Source: an uncultured Desulfobulbia bacterium (GTDB lineage: Bacteria; Desulfobacterota; Desulfobulbia; Desulfobulbales; CAZDYX01). From it: DNA of 51,237 nt. Of the stretch, positions 26,184 to 35,332 are shown piece after piece. The first letter of the stretch is position 1. Each line of letters begins with the position of its first letter. A model generated the notes under the pieces. It saw nothing but the letters and a program-made list of their open reading frames with translations, searched no databases and was not told the origin of the DNA. Made by a program: the position numbers and the translations under genes. The stretch spans positions 10,597 through 61,833 of the forward strand of contig CAZDYX010000001.1 in NCBI GenBank assembly GCA_964509775.1. The letters are read 5' to 3'.

Positions 26184-27005
26184 TCAGCCTTTCACTGCGC
26201 CCGATGTTATGCCTGACATGAAATGCTTCTGAAATACGAGAAATACAACTATCATTGGAATGATTGCTATTGATGTCATTGCCAATAGGCTTGCCCAGTT
26301 AATCTGAAGTTGACCGACAAAGTTCGCCAAAGCCTGCTGCATGGTTTGCTTTTTATTATCAGTAATCACGATGAGCGGCCAAAGATAATCGTTCCATCGC
26401 CACATGAAAGAAAAAATTGCGATTGTCGCGACAACTGGCTTGGAAAGCGGTGCGATGACCTTGCGGAAAATGAACAATTCCCCGGCGCCGTCGATTCGCG
26501 CCGCTTCGATTAATGAATCTGGCAATGTTTGCAAGTATTGCCGGGCGATGAAAATTCCCGTCGGAGTCGCGGCGGGTGGAATAATTATTCCCCATAGCGA
26601 ATTTAGAAGACCAAGGCTTTTTAGTTGGAGAAAAATTGGAACCATAATTACCTGGAGCGGAATCATCAAGGTAGCCAGCATTATTGTGAAAATCGCGTCT
26701 CGACCGGCGAACTTGTATTTTGCCAACGCGTATCCAGCCATTAGATTAATTGTCACTGTAATGAAAGTTGCGGTCACCGCCACAAACACAGTATTTGAGA
26801 AATACCGTAAGAAATTGCCTTGATTCACAGCAGCGGTATAATTTGACACAGTCCAATCGACTGGCAGAAGTCGCAAGGGAAAAGTGAAAAGTTCAGACTG
26901 CGGTTTGAATGAAGAAATCGCGACCCATACGATCGGAAAGACAGCGACCAAGGCCAAAACCGCGATCGCCACATATAACAAAAAAGGTTTGCCGCTTTTA
27001 TTCAT
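26184..27005 (-). CDS. Carbohydrate ABC transporter permease (MalG-like)
   Basis: The EAA-type loop is ..LPDSLIEAARIDGAGELFIFRKVIAPL.. with 6 TM segments. I place the start at ATG 27005 (MNKSGKPF..), overlapping the upstream stop (ATGAATAA). Confidence 0.9.
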   Translation of the reverse strand: MNKSGKPFLLYVAIAVLALVAVFPIVWVAISSFKPQSELFTFPLRLLPVDWTVSNYTAAVNQGNFLRYFSNTVFVAVTATFITVTINLMAGYALAKYKFAGRDAIFTIMLATLMIPLQVIMVPIFLQLKSLGLLNSLWGIIIPPAATPTGIFIARQYLQTLPDSLIEAARIDGAGELFIFRKVIAPLSKPVVATIAIFSFMWRWNDYLWPLIVITDNKKQTMQQALANFVGQLQINWASLLAMTSIAIIPMIVVFLVFQKHFMSGITSGAVKG

Positions 27006-27888
27006 AGTCTTGCTTTTTCCCCGATAGGGTGAATTGGAGTATTGTAATGATGGCAATGAGGATCATGAGCACAATGGACATCATCGACGCGTATCCCATC
27101 CGATCTTCCATAAATGCTGCCTGATATACCTGCTGGACGATGAATTTCGTGGCATAACCAGGTCCACCTCCGGTGGTGACAACTATCAACTCATAAGCTT
27201 TGAATGATCCGATAGTCGCCAATACTAAGGTCAATAAAATAGTACCACGCAGCATAGGGAGGGTTATTTTCCAGAATATCTCGCCCCGCGAAGCGCCGTC
27301 GATTCGAGCGGCTTCGTACAATTCCTGAGGAATCGCTTGCAGCCCTGCTATCATAATCACCATGAAATAACCAGCACCTGCCCATACAGTAATAAGAATG
27401 ATGCTCATCATCGCCGTACCTGAGTCGGTTAGCCAATGGACGTCTCTGCCTCCGATTGTCCTGATTAGGTAATTTATTATGCCCATATCATCGCCGAGTA
27501 GGAATCGCCAGGCTATTCCTACTGTGATCATGCTCAATAGCGATGGGATGTAGAATAGGGATCTGAAAGCGCGAACCCCTTTCATGGAATTATCTTGCAA
27601 TAAATACGCCAGGAACAGCGACACTACCACTAATAACGGAACTGAAAACAAGGAATAGACCAGGGTATTGGCAAATGTCTTCCAGAAAATAGTATCCTTG
27701 AACATTTCAAGCAGATTTGCTGCGCCAATGTAATGAGGCGTCGAAAGTATGCCCCATTCGTACGCGGCCATCCGCAATCCCTGGAAGGCGGGAATGATGA
27801 TAAAAACCGAAAAAATTACCATGTTGGGTAAAAGGAACAACAATGGGGCTGTCGCCTGATTGAAGCTGTTCTTCGATTTCGCTCTCAT
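26998..27888 (-). CDS. Carbohydrate ABC transporter permease (MalF-like)
   Basis: ..LQAIPQELYEAARIDGASRGEIFWKITLPML.. with multiple TM segments. Confidence 0.9.
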   Translation of the reverse strand: MRAKSKNSFNQATAPLLFLLPNMVIFSVFIIIPAFQGLRMAAYEWGILSTPHYIGAANLLEMFKDTIFWKTFANTLVYSLFSVPLLVVVSLFLAYLLQDNSMKGVRAFRSLFYIPSLLSMITVGIAWRFLLGDDMGIINYLIRTIGGRDVHWLTDSGTAMMSIILITVWAGAGYFMVIMIAGLQAIPQELYEAARIDGASRGEIFWKITLPMLRGTILLTLVLATIGSFKAYELIVVTTGGGPGYATKFIVQQVYQAAFMEDRMGYASMMSIVLMILIAIITILQFTLSGKKQDYE

Positions 27889-27978
27889 ACGCCGCCTTCC
27901 AGATTGCCAATTACTACCTATTGAACTAGATCAACGCCGCCTTTATAAGGATTTATGCTAATTAATAGCGGCTTGTAA

Positions 27979-29211
27979 TCATTTAAAATACGTATTGCCC
28001 TTATCCTGTACTGCTTTGGCAGCCTGTTCGGGCGATAGGTTTCCCATTAGAACCTGGACGATTTGTTCACGGATGAAGGTACTCACTTTGTTCAATTCCA
28101 CATTTTTCCACTCATCTGCCGTGAAGGACGGGGTAATCTTCAACTCCTCCAGGAAGATGGCGAAATCCTTGCCGTTGGAAGCATAATTTACAACCGTATC
28201 AGTGCGGGATGAAAGGTTGAACGTATCCCTGACATAGGCTGAAGTATGTTCTTTATCTGCGAACGCAGTGATCAAGCGCAATGCCTCAGCCTCATTTTTC
28301 CCTCCCTTGAAGGTTGCGATGAATTTGCCGCCGGGCACTGAGGAATTGATGGCTCCCTTGGGCATGCGAACCGCACCCCACTCGAAGTCTTTCACATTTT
28401 GCTTGTATGTATTGATGTTCCAACTTCCTCCAATATGGCAGGCCACAAGTCCAGCCTGGAATAGTTCGGCAGGATTCTCCGATCCCATCCATACGGATTT
28501 AGGGATCAACCCCTTGTCGTGAAGGCTTTTAAAAAAGCGCAAGGAAGCGATAGTACCCGGGTTTTCGAAGTCCATCCCTGTTTGGGTTGAGTTCAGGAAA
28601 TGGCCGCCTTGCTGGAACATAAGAGTGGAGAACCTGTGGGGTGTGAAATCTACGGCCAGGCCATATTTCATTTTGGAGTTCGCGGATATTACTTTAGCGA
28701 TTATCGTTTCCCACTCAGACCAGGTCCAGGTTTTTGAAACAGTATCCACATCAATACCAGCATTCTTAAAGGCCGTTTTATTTACAAGCATGCCGTTTGC
28801 GGTCGCCTCGGTGGGGAATGCCACAAGCTTGCCTTTACCGTCCAATGCGAAAGCCAAGGAGGCTGGCAGGTAATTTTTTTTCATTTCTTCCAAGCCAGGA
28901 ATTTTCCCATCCAGCGGCAGAAGCGCATGGATAAGAGCGGAAATCTGGTTGTTCGTGACCCGGGCCACATCTGGAGGATTGCCTCCAGCGATCATAAGCT
29001 TTAATTTTTGCTCGTAGGCGCTAAAAGCCACTACTTGCACATCCAACTTGACATTTGGATTTTTTGCCAGGTAATCCGCCATAGTATTTTTGAATACTTC
29101 GGATTCGTTGGCATCGTTGAACCATAGCACGGTCAACGTTGTCGGCGCAGAGAACACCGGCATAAGAATGCCTACCAGGATGATCAAGGACACAGCAAGC
29201 CTTTTCATCAT
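27979..29211 (-). CDS. ABC transporter extracellular solute-binding protein (family 1, sugar type)
   Basis: It has a signal peptide (MMKRLAVSLIILVGILMPVFSA) and family-1 SBP length and composition. It is the first gene of the operon, behind an AGGAGG RBS. Confidence 0.9.
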   Translation of the reverse strand: MMKRLAVSLIILVGILMPVFSAPTTLTVLWFNDANESEVFKNTMADYLAKNPNVKLDVQVVAFSAYEQKLKLMIAGGNPPDVARVTNNQISALIHALLPLDGKIPGLEEMKKNYLPASLAFALDGKGKLVAFPTEATANGMLVNKTAFKNAGIDVDTVSKTWTWSEWETIIAKVISANSKMKYGLAVDFTPHRFSTLMFQQGGHFLNSTQTGMDFENPGTIASLRFFKSLHDKGLIPKSVWMGSENPAELFQAGLVACHIGGSWNINTYKQNVKDFEWGAVRMPKGAINSSVPGGKFIATFKGGKNEAEALRLITAFADKEHTSAYVRDTFNLSSRTDTVVNYASNGKDFAIFLEELKITPSFTADEWKNVELNKVSTFIREQIVQVLMGNLSPEQAAKAVQDKGNTYFK

Positions 29212-29227
29212 TTCTACCTCCTAAATT

Positions 29228-29290
29228 TGTCAAACGTTGTCAAAACGTTTTGCTTGACAACTATGCATCCTTTTTTTTTAGCTGTCAAGC
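29228..29290 (-). promoter_or_regulatory. Putative promoter and LacI-type operator cluster of the ABC/GH31 operon
   Basis: Read on the - strand: TTGACA (-35; complement of 29283-29288), a 17-nt spacer, CATAGT (-10-like), then the near-palindrome TGTCAA-gc-AAAACGTTTTGACA and a further TTTGACA. The perfect core CAAAACGTTTTG is at 29241-29252. There are four TGTCAA/TTGACA half-sites within 60 nt, ending 17 nt before the start codon. Confidence 0.45.
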
Positions 29291-29560
29291 AATTTTTCCA
29301 CAAGAATATGTTGCATGCCGGAAATGTGGAGACATTCAGAAAGTCCTTCCTTGGCATAGAACACCTATGGACGGCGCAGAGAGCAATATTAAAGACTCTT
29401 CGAGGAAAACCCCTACCATAAAAAAACTCTGGTCTGATTCAAGAAACCCTGGAAAGCCAGAAACTTCCTGCGCGGCCTCCCGTGATCCTGTCGCATAAAT
29501 TGACCAAGCTTAATATCAATAAAATTTTATCTCTTCCAATTATTTTCGTTTAGATGTATG

Positions 29561-29575
29561 TTGTACTACAAGCAT
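29561..29575 (+). promoter_or_regulatory. GntR/FadR-type operator candidate 1 (TTGTACTACAAGCAT), upstream of the regulator gene
   Basis: TTGTA-C-TACAA is a perfect inverted repeat fitting the generic GntR-family consensus t.GT...AC.a. It lies 17-31 nt upstream of the ATG at 29592. Confidence 0.4.
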
Positions 29576-29591
29576 CATCGAGGAGAACTTC

Positions 29592-30347
29592 ATGGCAAAA
29601 CTGCATAGGGTAAAAACGGATTCGCTCCGAACCCAGATATATGTGCAGCTTAAAAATCAATTGCTCAACGGCGCCTGGAAGGTCGGAGAAAAACTGCCTT
29701 CGGAAAACCAGCTCTGCGAGACCTTCGGCGTAAGCAGGGTGACTGTAAGGGCGGCGATCCAACAGTTGGAAATCCTGGGCATGGTAGAGACAAAGCACGG
29801 CGGCGGAACCTATGTGCTTGAGTTGCCCGCGGTCATGACGATAAACAACCTCCAGCCGTCCATGCTGTCCAACCGCAACCACGACATCATCACCGTCCTT
29901 GAATATAGGAAGATAATAGAAAAAGGAACCATCGGACTCGCAGTGGAGAAAATCTGCAACAAGGATTTCGAATACCTCGAAGAAACCTACAATACCATGC
30001 TTGCCAGCACCGACGACCACTCCCGATTCGCCCAGGCGGATTTCAAATTCCATCTCCGGATAGCCGAAATCGCGAACAACCCAATCATCAACAACCTGTA
30101 CCATCTGATCAATCAAATAATGACTGCGTCGATGGCGGACATAGTCGACCTCCTCGGCTGCGAAATCGGGCTCTATTACCATAGGAAGCTGATAGACGCC
30201 CTGAGAGCCCGAGACAAGCCGACATGCGAAGCGGAGATGGAAAAGCACATCGATGTGACAATCCAAGCGATCCTCAACGAAAGCAGACTCCACCAGGCCG
30301 GCGAAAACGCCGCCGATCAATTGGCCAGCCAACCCCCGTCGACATAG
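29592..30347 (+). CDS. GntR-family transcriptional regulator, FadR subfamily (FCD domain)
   Basis: The winged HTH is LPSENQLCETFGVSRVTVRAAIQQLEILGMVETKHGGGTYV, followed by an all-helical C-terminal domain (..FHLRIAEIANNPII..). Confidence 0.85.
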   Translation: MAKLHRVKTDSLRTQIYVQLKNQLLNGAWKVGEKLPSENQLCETFGVSRVTVRAAIQQLEILGMVETKHGGGTYVLELPAVMTINNLQPSMLSNRNHDIITVLEYRKIIEKGTIGLAVEKICNKDFEYLEETYNTMLASTDDHSRFAQADFKFHLRIAEIANNPIINNLYHLINQIMTASMADIVDLLGCEIGLYYHRKLIDALRARDKPTCEAEMEKHIDVTIQAILNESRLHQAGENAADQLASQPPST

Positions 30348-31096
30348 ATCACCTGACCGTTGATATAGCTTGAAGCAGGGGCGGCGAGGAAGACAGCCAC
30401 CCTCCCCAGATCGTCCTCCGGATCAGCGAGGCGCTTCATAGGAATCCTGCCCATCACCCAAGCCCGCTTCTCAGGATTGGAAAACAGATTCCTTGTAAGC
30501 TCCGTCTCCACGAACCCCGGACCAAGGGCGTTGACATTGACCCCAAGATTGGCCCATTCCACGCACATAGACCTCGTCAACCCCGCTATCCCGCTTTTCG
30601 CCGCCGTATAGGCGATGATATTGGGAACAGCCATCGCGCAGTTGAGGGATCCCAGGTTGATGATCCTCCCCCCACCCTTGGCCGCGAAATGGGGAATGAA
30701 GGCCTGGGAGATGAAAAAAGTCGCGGAAAGATGAGTCTCAACCACCCTCGTCCATTCATCCACGGTGAAATCAAGCGCAGGCTTCCTTACCTGTACCCCC
30801 GCGTTGTTCACCAGGATCGTCACCTCCCCAGCCATGGTAAGGATCTTCTCCACATCACCCTTTATCTCCGCTTTTCTCGTAATGTCTGAAGCATAATGCC
30901 AGGTCTTGACACCATAATCCTTTGCGATGCGCGCAGTCGTCTCCTCCGCGAGCTCCTCCTGGATATCCCAAATGACCACATTAGACCCCGCCTTGGCCAT
31001 GGAATTCGCGATCGCCATCCCGATTCCCCTTGCTCCCCCGGTTACCACAGCGGTCTGTCCTCGCAGCGAGAATGCTTTTTCAAGGAATTCTTGCAT
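30317..31096 (-). CDS. Short-chain dehydrogenase/reductase (KduD / gluconate-5-dehydrogenase-like)
   Basis: TAVVTGGARGIGMAIA (TGxxxGIG), NNAG and YTAAK (YxxxK) are present. I place the start at ATG 31096 with a GGAGGGG RBS. The 3' end overlaps the GntR gene convergently by 31 nt. Confidence 0.85.
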   Translation of the reverse strand: MQEFLEKAFSLRGQTAVVTGGARGIGMAIANSMAKAGSNVVIWDIQEELAEETTARIAKDYGVKTWHYASDITRKAEIKGDVEKILTMAGEVTILVNNAGVQVRKPALDFTVDEWTRVVETHLSATFFISQAFIPHFAAKGGGRIINLGSLNCAMAVPNIIAYTAAKSGIAGLTRSMCVEWANLGVNVNALGPGFVETELTRNLFSNPEKRAWVMGRIPMKRLADPEDDLGRVAVFLAAPASSYINGQVIYVDGGWLAN

Positions 31097-31121
31097 GTAT
31101 CCCCTCCAAAATCGACAATAG

Positions 31122-31136
31122 TTGTAATACAAGCAT
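31122..31136 (+). promoter_or_regulatory. GntR/FadR-type operator candidate 2 (TTGTAATACAAGCAT)
   Basis: Apart from the central base it is the same 15-mer as site 1. It lies 26-40 nt upstream of the SDR start codon in the divergent SDR/TRAP intergenic region. Confidence 0.4.
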
Positions 31137-31241
31137 ATATGTACGCCAATGCAGCCACGAGTATAACATTCGTTTAAGTTGATAGCAAATAGAAAAATAT
31201 TAAATATTTTTCATTGACAGAATTGAAAAGTCATGGAATTG

Positions 31242-31256
31242 TTGCTTGTAGCACAG
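31242..31256 (-). promoter_or_regulatory. GntR/FadR-type operator candidate 3 (CTGTGCTACAAGCAA on the - strand)
   Basis: It is a degenerate copy of the same motif, downstream of a TTGACA -35-like hexamer (31214-31219) and ~80 nt upstream of dctP. Confidence 0.3.
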
Positions 31257-31335
31257 CATACAATGTTCCTACCAAGGAACTAAGACTCGGGGATCGTCGA
31301 CCCTCGCTGCTGCGCAAAGAATCGGAGGCAATCCT

Positions 31336-32385
31336 GTGAAGAAGTTTTTGGTTTTCCTGCTAGTTTTCGCCGTGGCCTTGTCGGGAGCTTTCGCTCAAGC
31401 CAAGAAGGTAAAGCCTGATTACACGATCAAGCTTGCATATTATGACGCAGGCACCTGGCCCAAGGGCACTGCGGCGGCTCCGCTGCCCGAACACGCCTTC
31501 GCCCTCGTATTCAAGAGCGTCGTAGAGTCCAACACCAATGGAAAAGTCGCCGTGGAGCTTTTTCCTGGCAACGCCTTAGGGGACACCAAGGCAACCATGG
31601 AAATGGCCAGGACCGGCAGCATAGAAATGGTGATCACCACCGGCACCGCGGCAAGCCTCTATCCTCAGCTCCAGGTTATCTTCCTTCCCTATGTGTTCAA
31701 GTCCGATGAAGTCGCCTGGTGGCTCTTCGACAACAGCAAGTTTTGGAAGGATATGGTCGCGGATTTTGAGAAAAAGACGGGGATGACCATGCTCGCCGTA
31801 GGACAGAATGGCACACGGCATTTCACCAACAGCAAGCGACCTATCCGCGAACCTGCTGACATGAAGGGGCTCAAGTTCAGAGTCATGCAATCACCAATTT
31901 ATGTTAAGATGGTCGAGGCCATGGGAGCCAACGCCATACCTCTCGCCTCAGGCGAGATATACACCGCTGCCCAGACCGGAGTAGTCGACGGCCAGGAAAA
32001 CCCGATCTGGAATATCGCCGCGAACAAATGGTACGAAGTCCAAAAGTATATAACCCTCGACGGCCACACGTGGAGTGAAAACTTTGTCCTCATGAACAGC
32101 AAGTTCTATAACAAGCTTCCCAAAGAATACCAGCATGCTATCAGGATAGCGTCCTACCATGCCCAGCTGGCGGACAGGGCCGCGGAAAACATGGCTTCCC
32201 GCGTCCTCGACTTCGATGTCATCACGAAGAACATGGAAATCTACGCTCCCACCCCCGCCGAACTGGATAAATTCAAGACCGCCGCAAAGCCGACCTACGA
32301 CTGGCTCCGGAGTGAAGTCGGAGACAAGGTCGTGAACGACTTCCTCGCCGCGGTAGCCGAAGCCGAGAAGGTTTTCGGATATTGA
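31336..32385 (+). CDS. dctP: TRAP transporter substrate-binding protein (DctP family)
   Basis: It has a signal peptide (MKKFLVFLLVFAVALSGAFAQ) and DctP-type motifs (..FRVMQSPIYV..DGQENP..). The start codon is GTG. Confidence 0.9.
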   Translation: MKKFLVFLLVFAVALSGAFAQAKKVKPDYTIKLAYYDAGTWPKGTAAAPLPEHAFALVFKSVVESNTNGKVAVELFPGNALGDTKATMEMARTGSIEMVITTGTAASLYPQLQVIFLPYVFKSDEVAWWLFDNSKFWKDMVADFEKKTGMTMLAVGQNGTRHFTNSKRPIREPADMKGLKFRVMQSPIYVKMVEAMGANAIPLASGEIYTAAQTGVVDGQENPIWNIAANKWYEVQKYITLDGHTWSENFVLMNSKFYNKLPKEYQHAIRIASYHAQLADRAAENMASRVLDFDVITKNMEIYAPTPAELDKFKTAAKPTYDWLRSEVGDKVVNDFLAAVAEAEKVFGY

Positions 32386-32477
32386 TTTTCGGACAATATA
32401 AAAAGATTTGCGCCGGAGCCGGACGATTTTCTTCACCCGGCTCCGGTTTCGCTTGAATGCCCAAATCCGGAGGAGCG

Positions 32478-32975
32478 ATGAAATATCTCGAAAAGCTAAG
32501 CGATATTTTGGCGAAGCTGGCGATAGCGATCGCCGCTTCGCTATGCGCCGCGATACTGTGCCTAGTCCTGTATGGAGTGTTCCTACGGATCACCGGGAAC
32601 GCATTTTCCATGTCTGAAGAACTCTCCCGCTGGGGCATGATCACCATGACCTTCATAGGAGCCAGCGCCGCGCTGAAGAAAAAGCAGCATATAGGCGTGA
32701 ATATGCTCGTGCAGAAGGTTCCGCTGGCCGTCGGCAAGCCGATGATTTTCACCGCCTATATCGTGGCCTTCGCCCTTTTGGGAATCAGTTTCTGGTACAG
32801 CCTAGAAGCCGCCATCGCCACAAGCGACATGATGGGTGACATCATTCCTATACCCATGATGTACGTGAAGCTTTCCCTGCCCCTGGGCATGTTCATGATG
32901 GTGGTGCACCTGCTTTTAGGTTTTCTGCGAATATTCAAGGCCAAGGACATCAACGAAGTCCTGATCGGCTCCTGA
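32478..32975 (+). CDS. dctQ: TRAP transporter small permease (DctQ family)
   Basis: It has four TM segments and the conserved ..EELSRWGMI.. region. I place the start at ATG 32478 behind a GGAGGA RBS. Confidence 0.85.
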   Translation: MKYLEKLSDILAKLAIAIAASLCAAILCLVLYGVFLRITGNAFSMSEELSRWGMITMTFIGASAALKKKQHIGVNMLVQKVPLAVGKPMIFTAYIVAFALLGISFWYSLEAAIATSDMMGDIIPIPMMYVKLSLPLGMFMMVVHLLLGFLRIFKAKDINEVLIGS

Positions 32976-32985
32976 GGATGACTCC

Positions 32986-34266
32986 ATGACCATAACATTC
33001 ATTTTCATCGGGGCAATGCTCATTGGGCTCCCCATCGCTTTCGTGCTCGGCACAACGGCGCTTTACTACTTCATGTTCGAAGGACACATCCCCCTCGGCA
33101 TGATAGGCCAGAAGCTGTACAGCGGAGCGGACAACTACATCCTCCTCGCCATACCCTTTTTCATCCTCGCAGGAGAGCTGATGAATCGATCGAGGATCAC
33201 CGACGCCCTCATCAAGTTCTCAGGCCTTCTCGTCGGCCGGATTCCCGGCGCCCTCGCCCAGATCAACATCGTCGTGAGCATATTTTTCGCAGGAATCACG
33301 GGCTCGGGAGTGGCGGACACCGCCGCGATAGGATCCGTCCTCGTTCCCGCCATGGAAAAGGAAGGGTATACTCCCGAGTATTCGGCCGCCGTCACGGTGG
33401 CATCCTCGGTCATTGGCCCCATAATCCCGCCGAGCATCGTCATGGTCATCTACAGCATGACAACAGGCGAGTCGGTCGGAGCCCTCTTCGCCGCGGGATT
33501 CTTGCCGGGCCTTGCCATCGCTATTTCCCTTATGATCCTAGCCGGGTATTACGCGGTGAAATACAAGCATCCGCGGAACACAATGCGGTATTCCTTTTCT
33601 TATATATTTAAAACCCTCAAGGATTCTATTGTCGCTCTACTCTGCCCTGTCGTCCTCGTAGGCGGCATCTTTTCCGGCGTGTTCACGCCCACCGAGGCGG
33701 CGGCCATATCCTGCCTCTACGCTATCATTGCCGGCCTCTTCATTCTTAAGACTCTGACCTTCAAGGATTTAGTCGAAAGCCTAAAGAAGGCGGCGATCTC
33801 GGCCTCGACGATCCTCCTCATCATTTCCATGGCGGCCCTTTTCGGCCAGTTTATGGCGCTTGAACGCGTTCCCGCCAAAATGGCAAACTTTATCTTGGGT
33901 TTTACTCAAAACAAATATGTATTCCTTCTCTTCGCCAACCTCCTCCTCCTGTTCATGGGCATGATCATGGAGACTGGCGCAAGCGTGATCCTCCTGGCGC
34001 CCATCCTTCTCCCAATCGCCGTGCAGCTTGGAGTCCATCCCCTGCATTTCGCCCTCGTGATGCTTGTCAACCTGAACATCGGCCTTAGCACACCGCCTGT
34101 CGGCGTCTGCCTATTCACGGTGGCTCCCATAGTCAACTTGAGCCTGGAAAAGATTTCCAAGGCCGTGATGCCCTTCATCGCCGCCGAGATGGTGGCCTTG
34201 CTGTTCCTGACTTACATACCGGAGATCGTGCTCATAATTCCACGCATGCTCGGCTACATCCAATAA
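32986..34266 (+). CDS. dctM: TRAP transporter large permease (DctM family)
   Basis: It is 426 aa and polytopic, with typical DctM blocks (..IPFFILAGELMN.., ..TGSGVADTAAIGS..). Confidence 0.9.
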   Translation: MTITFIFIGAMLIGLPIAFVLGTTALYYFMFEGHIPLGMIGQKLYSGADNYILLAIPFFILAGELMNRSRITDALIKFSGLLVGRIPGALAQINIVVSIFFAGITGSGVADTAAIGSVLVPAMEKEGYTPEYSAAVTVASSVIGPIIPPSIVMVIYSMTTGESVGALFAAGFLPGLAIAISLMILAGYYAVKYKHPRNTMRYSFSYIFKTLKDSIVALLCPVVLVGGIFSGVFTPTEAAAISCLYAIIAGLFILKTLTFKDLVESLKKAAISASTILLIISMAALFGQFMALERVPAKMANFILGFTQNKYVFLLFANLLLLFMGMIMETGASVILLAPILLPIAVQLGVHPLHFALVMLVNLNIGLSTPPVGVCLFTVAPIVNLSLEKISKAVMPFIAAEMVALLFLTYIPEIVLIIPRMLGYIQ

Positions 34267-34279
34267 GGAGACCGCAACA

Positions 34280-35311
34280 ATGAAGGCTCTTTACTTTCTT
34301 GGGGAACGGCACATGGAAATGCGGGACATCCCCGCCCCTGTTCCCGGTCCCGGCGATTATTTGATCCAGGTAGTGGCAAACGGAGTGTGCGGATCGGACT
34401 TCGAAGGCTACATGGGAAGGTCAGGCCGGCGAATTCCTCCCATGATCATGGGCCACGAGGTGTCAGGAGTGATCGCCTCCAAACCCGCAGGCGGCCGTTA
34501 TGATATTGGGCAAAGAGTCGTCATGTTTCCAAAGGACTATTGCGGGGAATGCGAATACTGCAAGCAAGACATGGTGAACGTGTGCCCCAACGGGATTTGC
34601 ATGGGCGTCATGTCGCGGGACGGAAGCATGACGGAGCAACTCGCCATCGGTGAGAAGTATTTGCTTCCTTTCGGCGAATCGCTTTCCTTCGCCATGGCGG
34701 CAATGACCGAACCCCTGGCGGTAGCGATGCGCTCGGTCAACAAGTTGGGCGACGATCTCATCACCGGTTCTAAGCATTGCGTTGTTGTAGGGACCGGCAC
34801 CATCGGCCTCCTCGCCATAAGCCTTCTCAAGCTTCGGGGCGCCAAGAATATCATCGTGGCCGATGCATCGGATTTTAGGCTTGGTGTGGCGCAGCGCATG
34901 GGCGCCGATTTCCTGATAAACCCCCTGAAGCAAAACTTTGCGCAAGCTATAGCTGAAATCACCAAGGGCGCAATGTGCGATTTTTCAGTCGAAGCCGTCG
35001 GGATAACCGCCACGGTAGGCAACGCCATCGAGGCTTTGAAGATAGGCGGAACGGCACTTTGGATCGGGAACGCGCAGAAAACGGTGGAGATCAACATGCA
35101 GAAGATCGTGACCACCGAGTTGACGATCCGCGGCAACTATGTGTATGGACTTCAAGACTTTTCTTCCAGCTTGAAGTTGTTGGAGGAAGGGAAAATCGAC
35201 TTCAGCTCGATCATCACCCACACCAGGCCGCTTGCGGATGGGGTGGAGGTATTCAAGGAGTTCGAGGGCAACAGGGACGGAAGGATGCTGAAGATCATTC
35301 TGGAATGCTAA
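34280..35311 (+). CDS. Zinc-dependent alcohol/polyol dehydrogenase (MDR family)
   Basis: GVCGSDFE..GHEVSGV are the catalytic zinc ligands, CGECEYCK is the structural zinc site, and VVGTGTIGLLA is the Rossmann motif. Confidence 0.85.
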   Translation: MKALYFLGERHMEMRDIPAPVPGPGDYLIQVVANGVCGSDFEGYMGRSGRRIPPMIMGHEVSGVIASKPAGGRYDIGQRVVMFPKDYCGECEYCKQDMVNVCPNGICMGVMSRDGSMTEQLAIGEKYLLPFGESLSFAMAAMTEPLAVAMRSVNKLGDDLITGSKHCVVVGTGTIGLLAISLLKLRGAKNIIVADASDFRLGVAQRMGADFLINPLKQNFAQAIAEITKGAMCDFSVEAVGITATVGNAIEALKIGGTALWIGNAQKTVEINMQKIVTTELTIRGNYVYGLQDFSSSLKLLEEGKIDFSSIITHTRPLADGVEVFKEFEGNRDGRMLKIILEC

Positions 35312-35332
35312 GCACGTGGAGGATACTGAAAA

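Noticed and set aside
29227-29498. ORFs of 64 and 82 aa in the divergent intergenic region between the SBP and GntR genes.
   Set aside because: They overlap each other and the predicted promoter/operator. They have no RBS and odd composition, so I treat the region as regulatory DNA.
30317-30347. A 31-nt convergent overlap of the GntR and SDR genes. A similar 45-nt convergent overlap joins the DUF2318-like and kinase genes at 47852-47896.
   Set aside because: Such 3'-3' overlaps are uncommon but not rare, and both C-terminal tails are unconserved-looking extensions. I see no evidence for a functional element.
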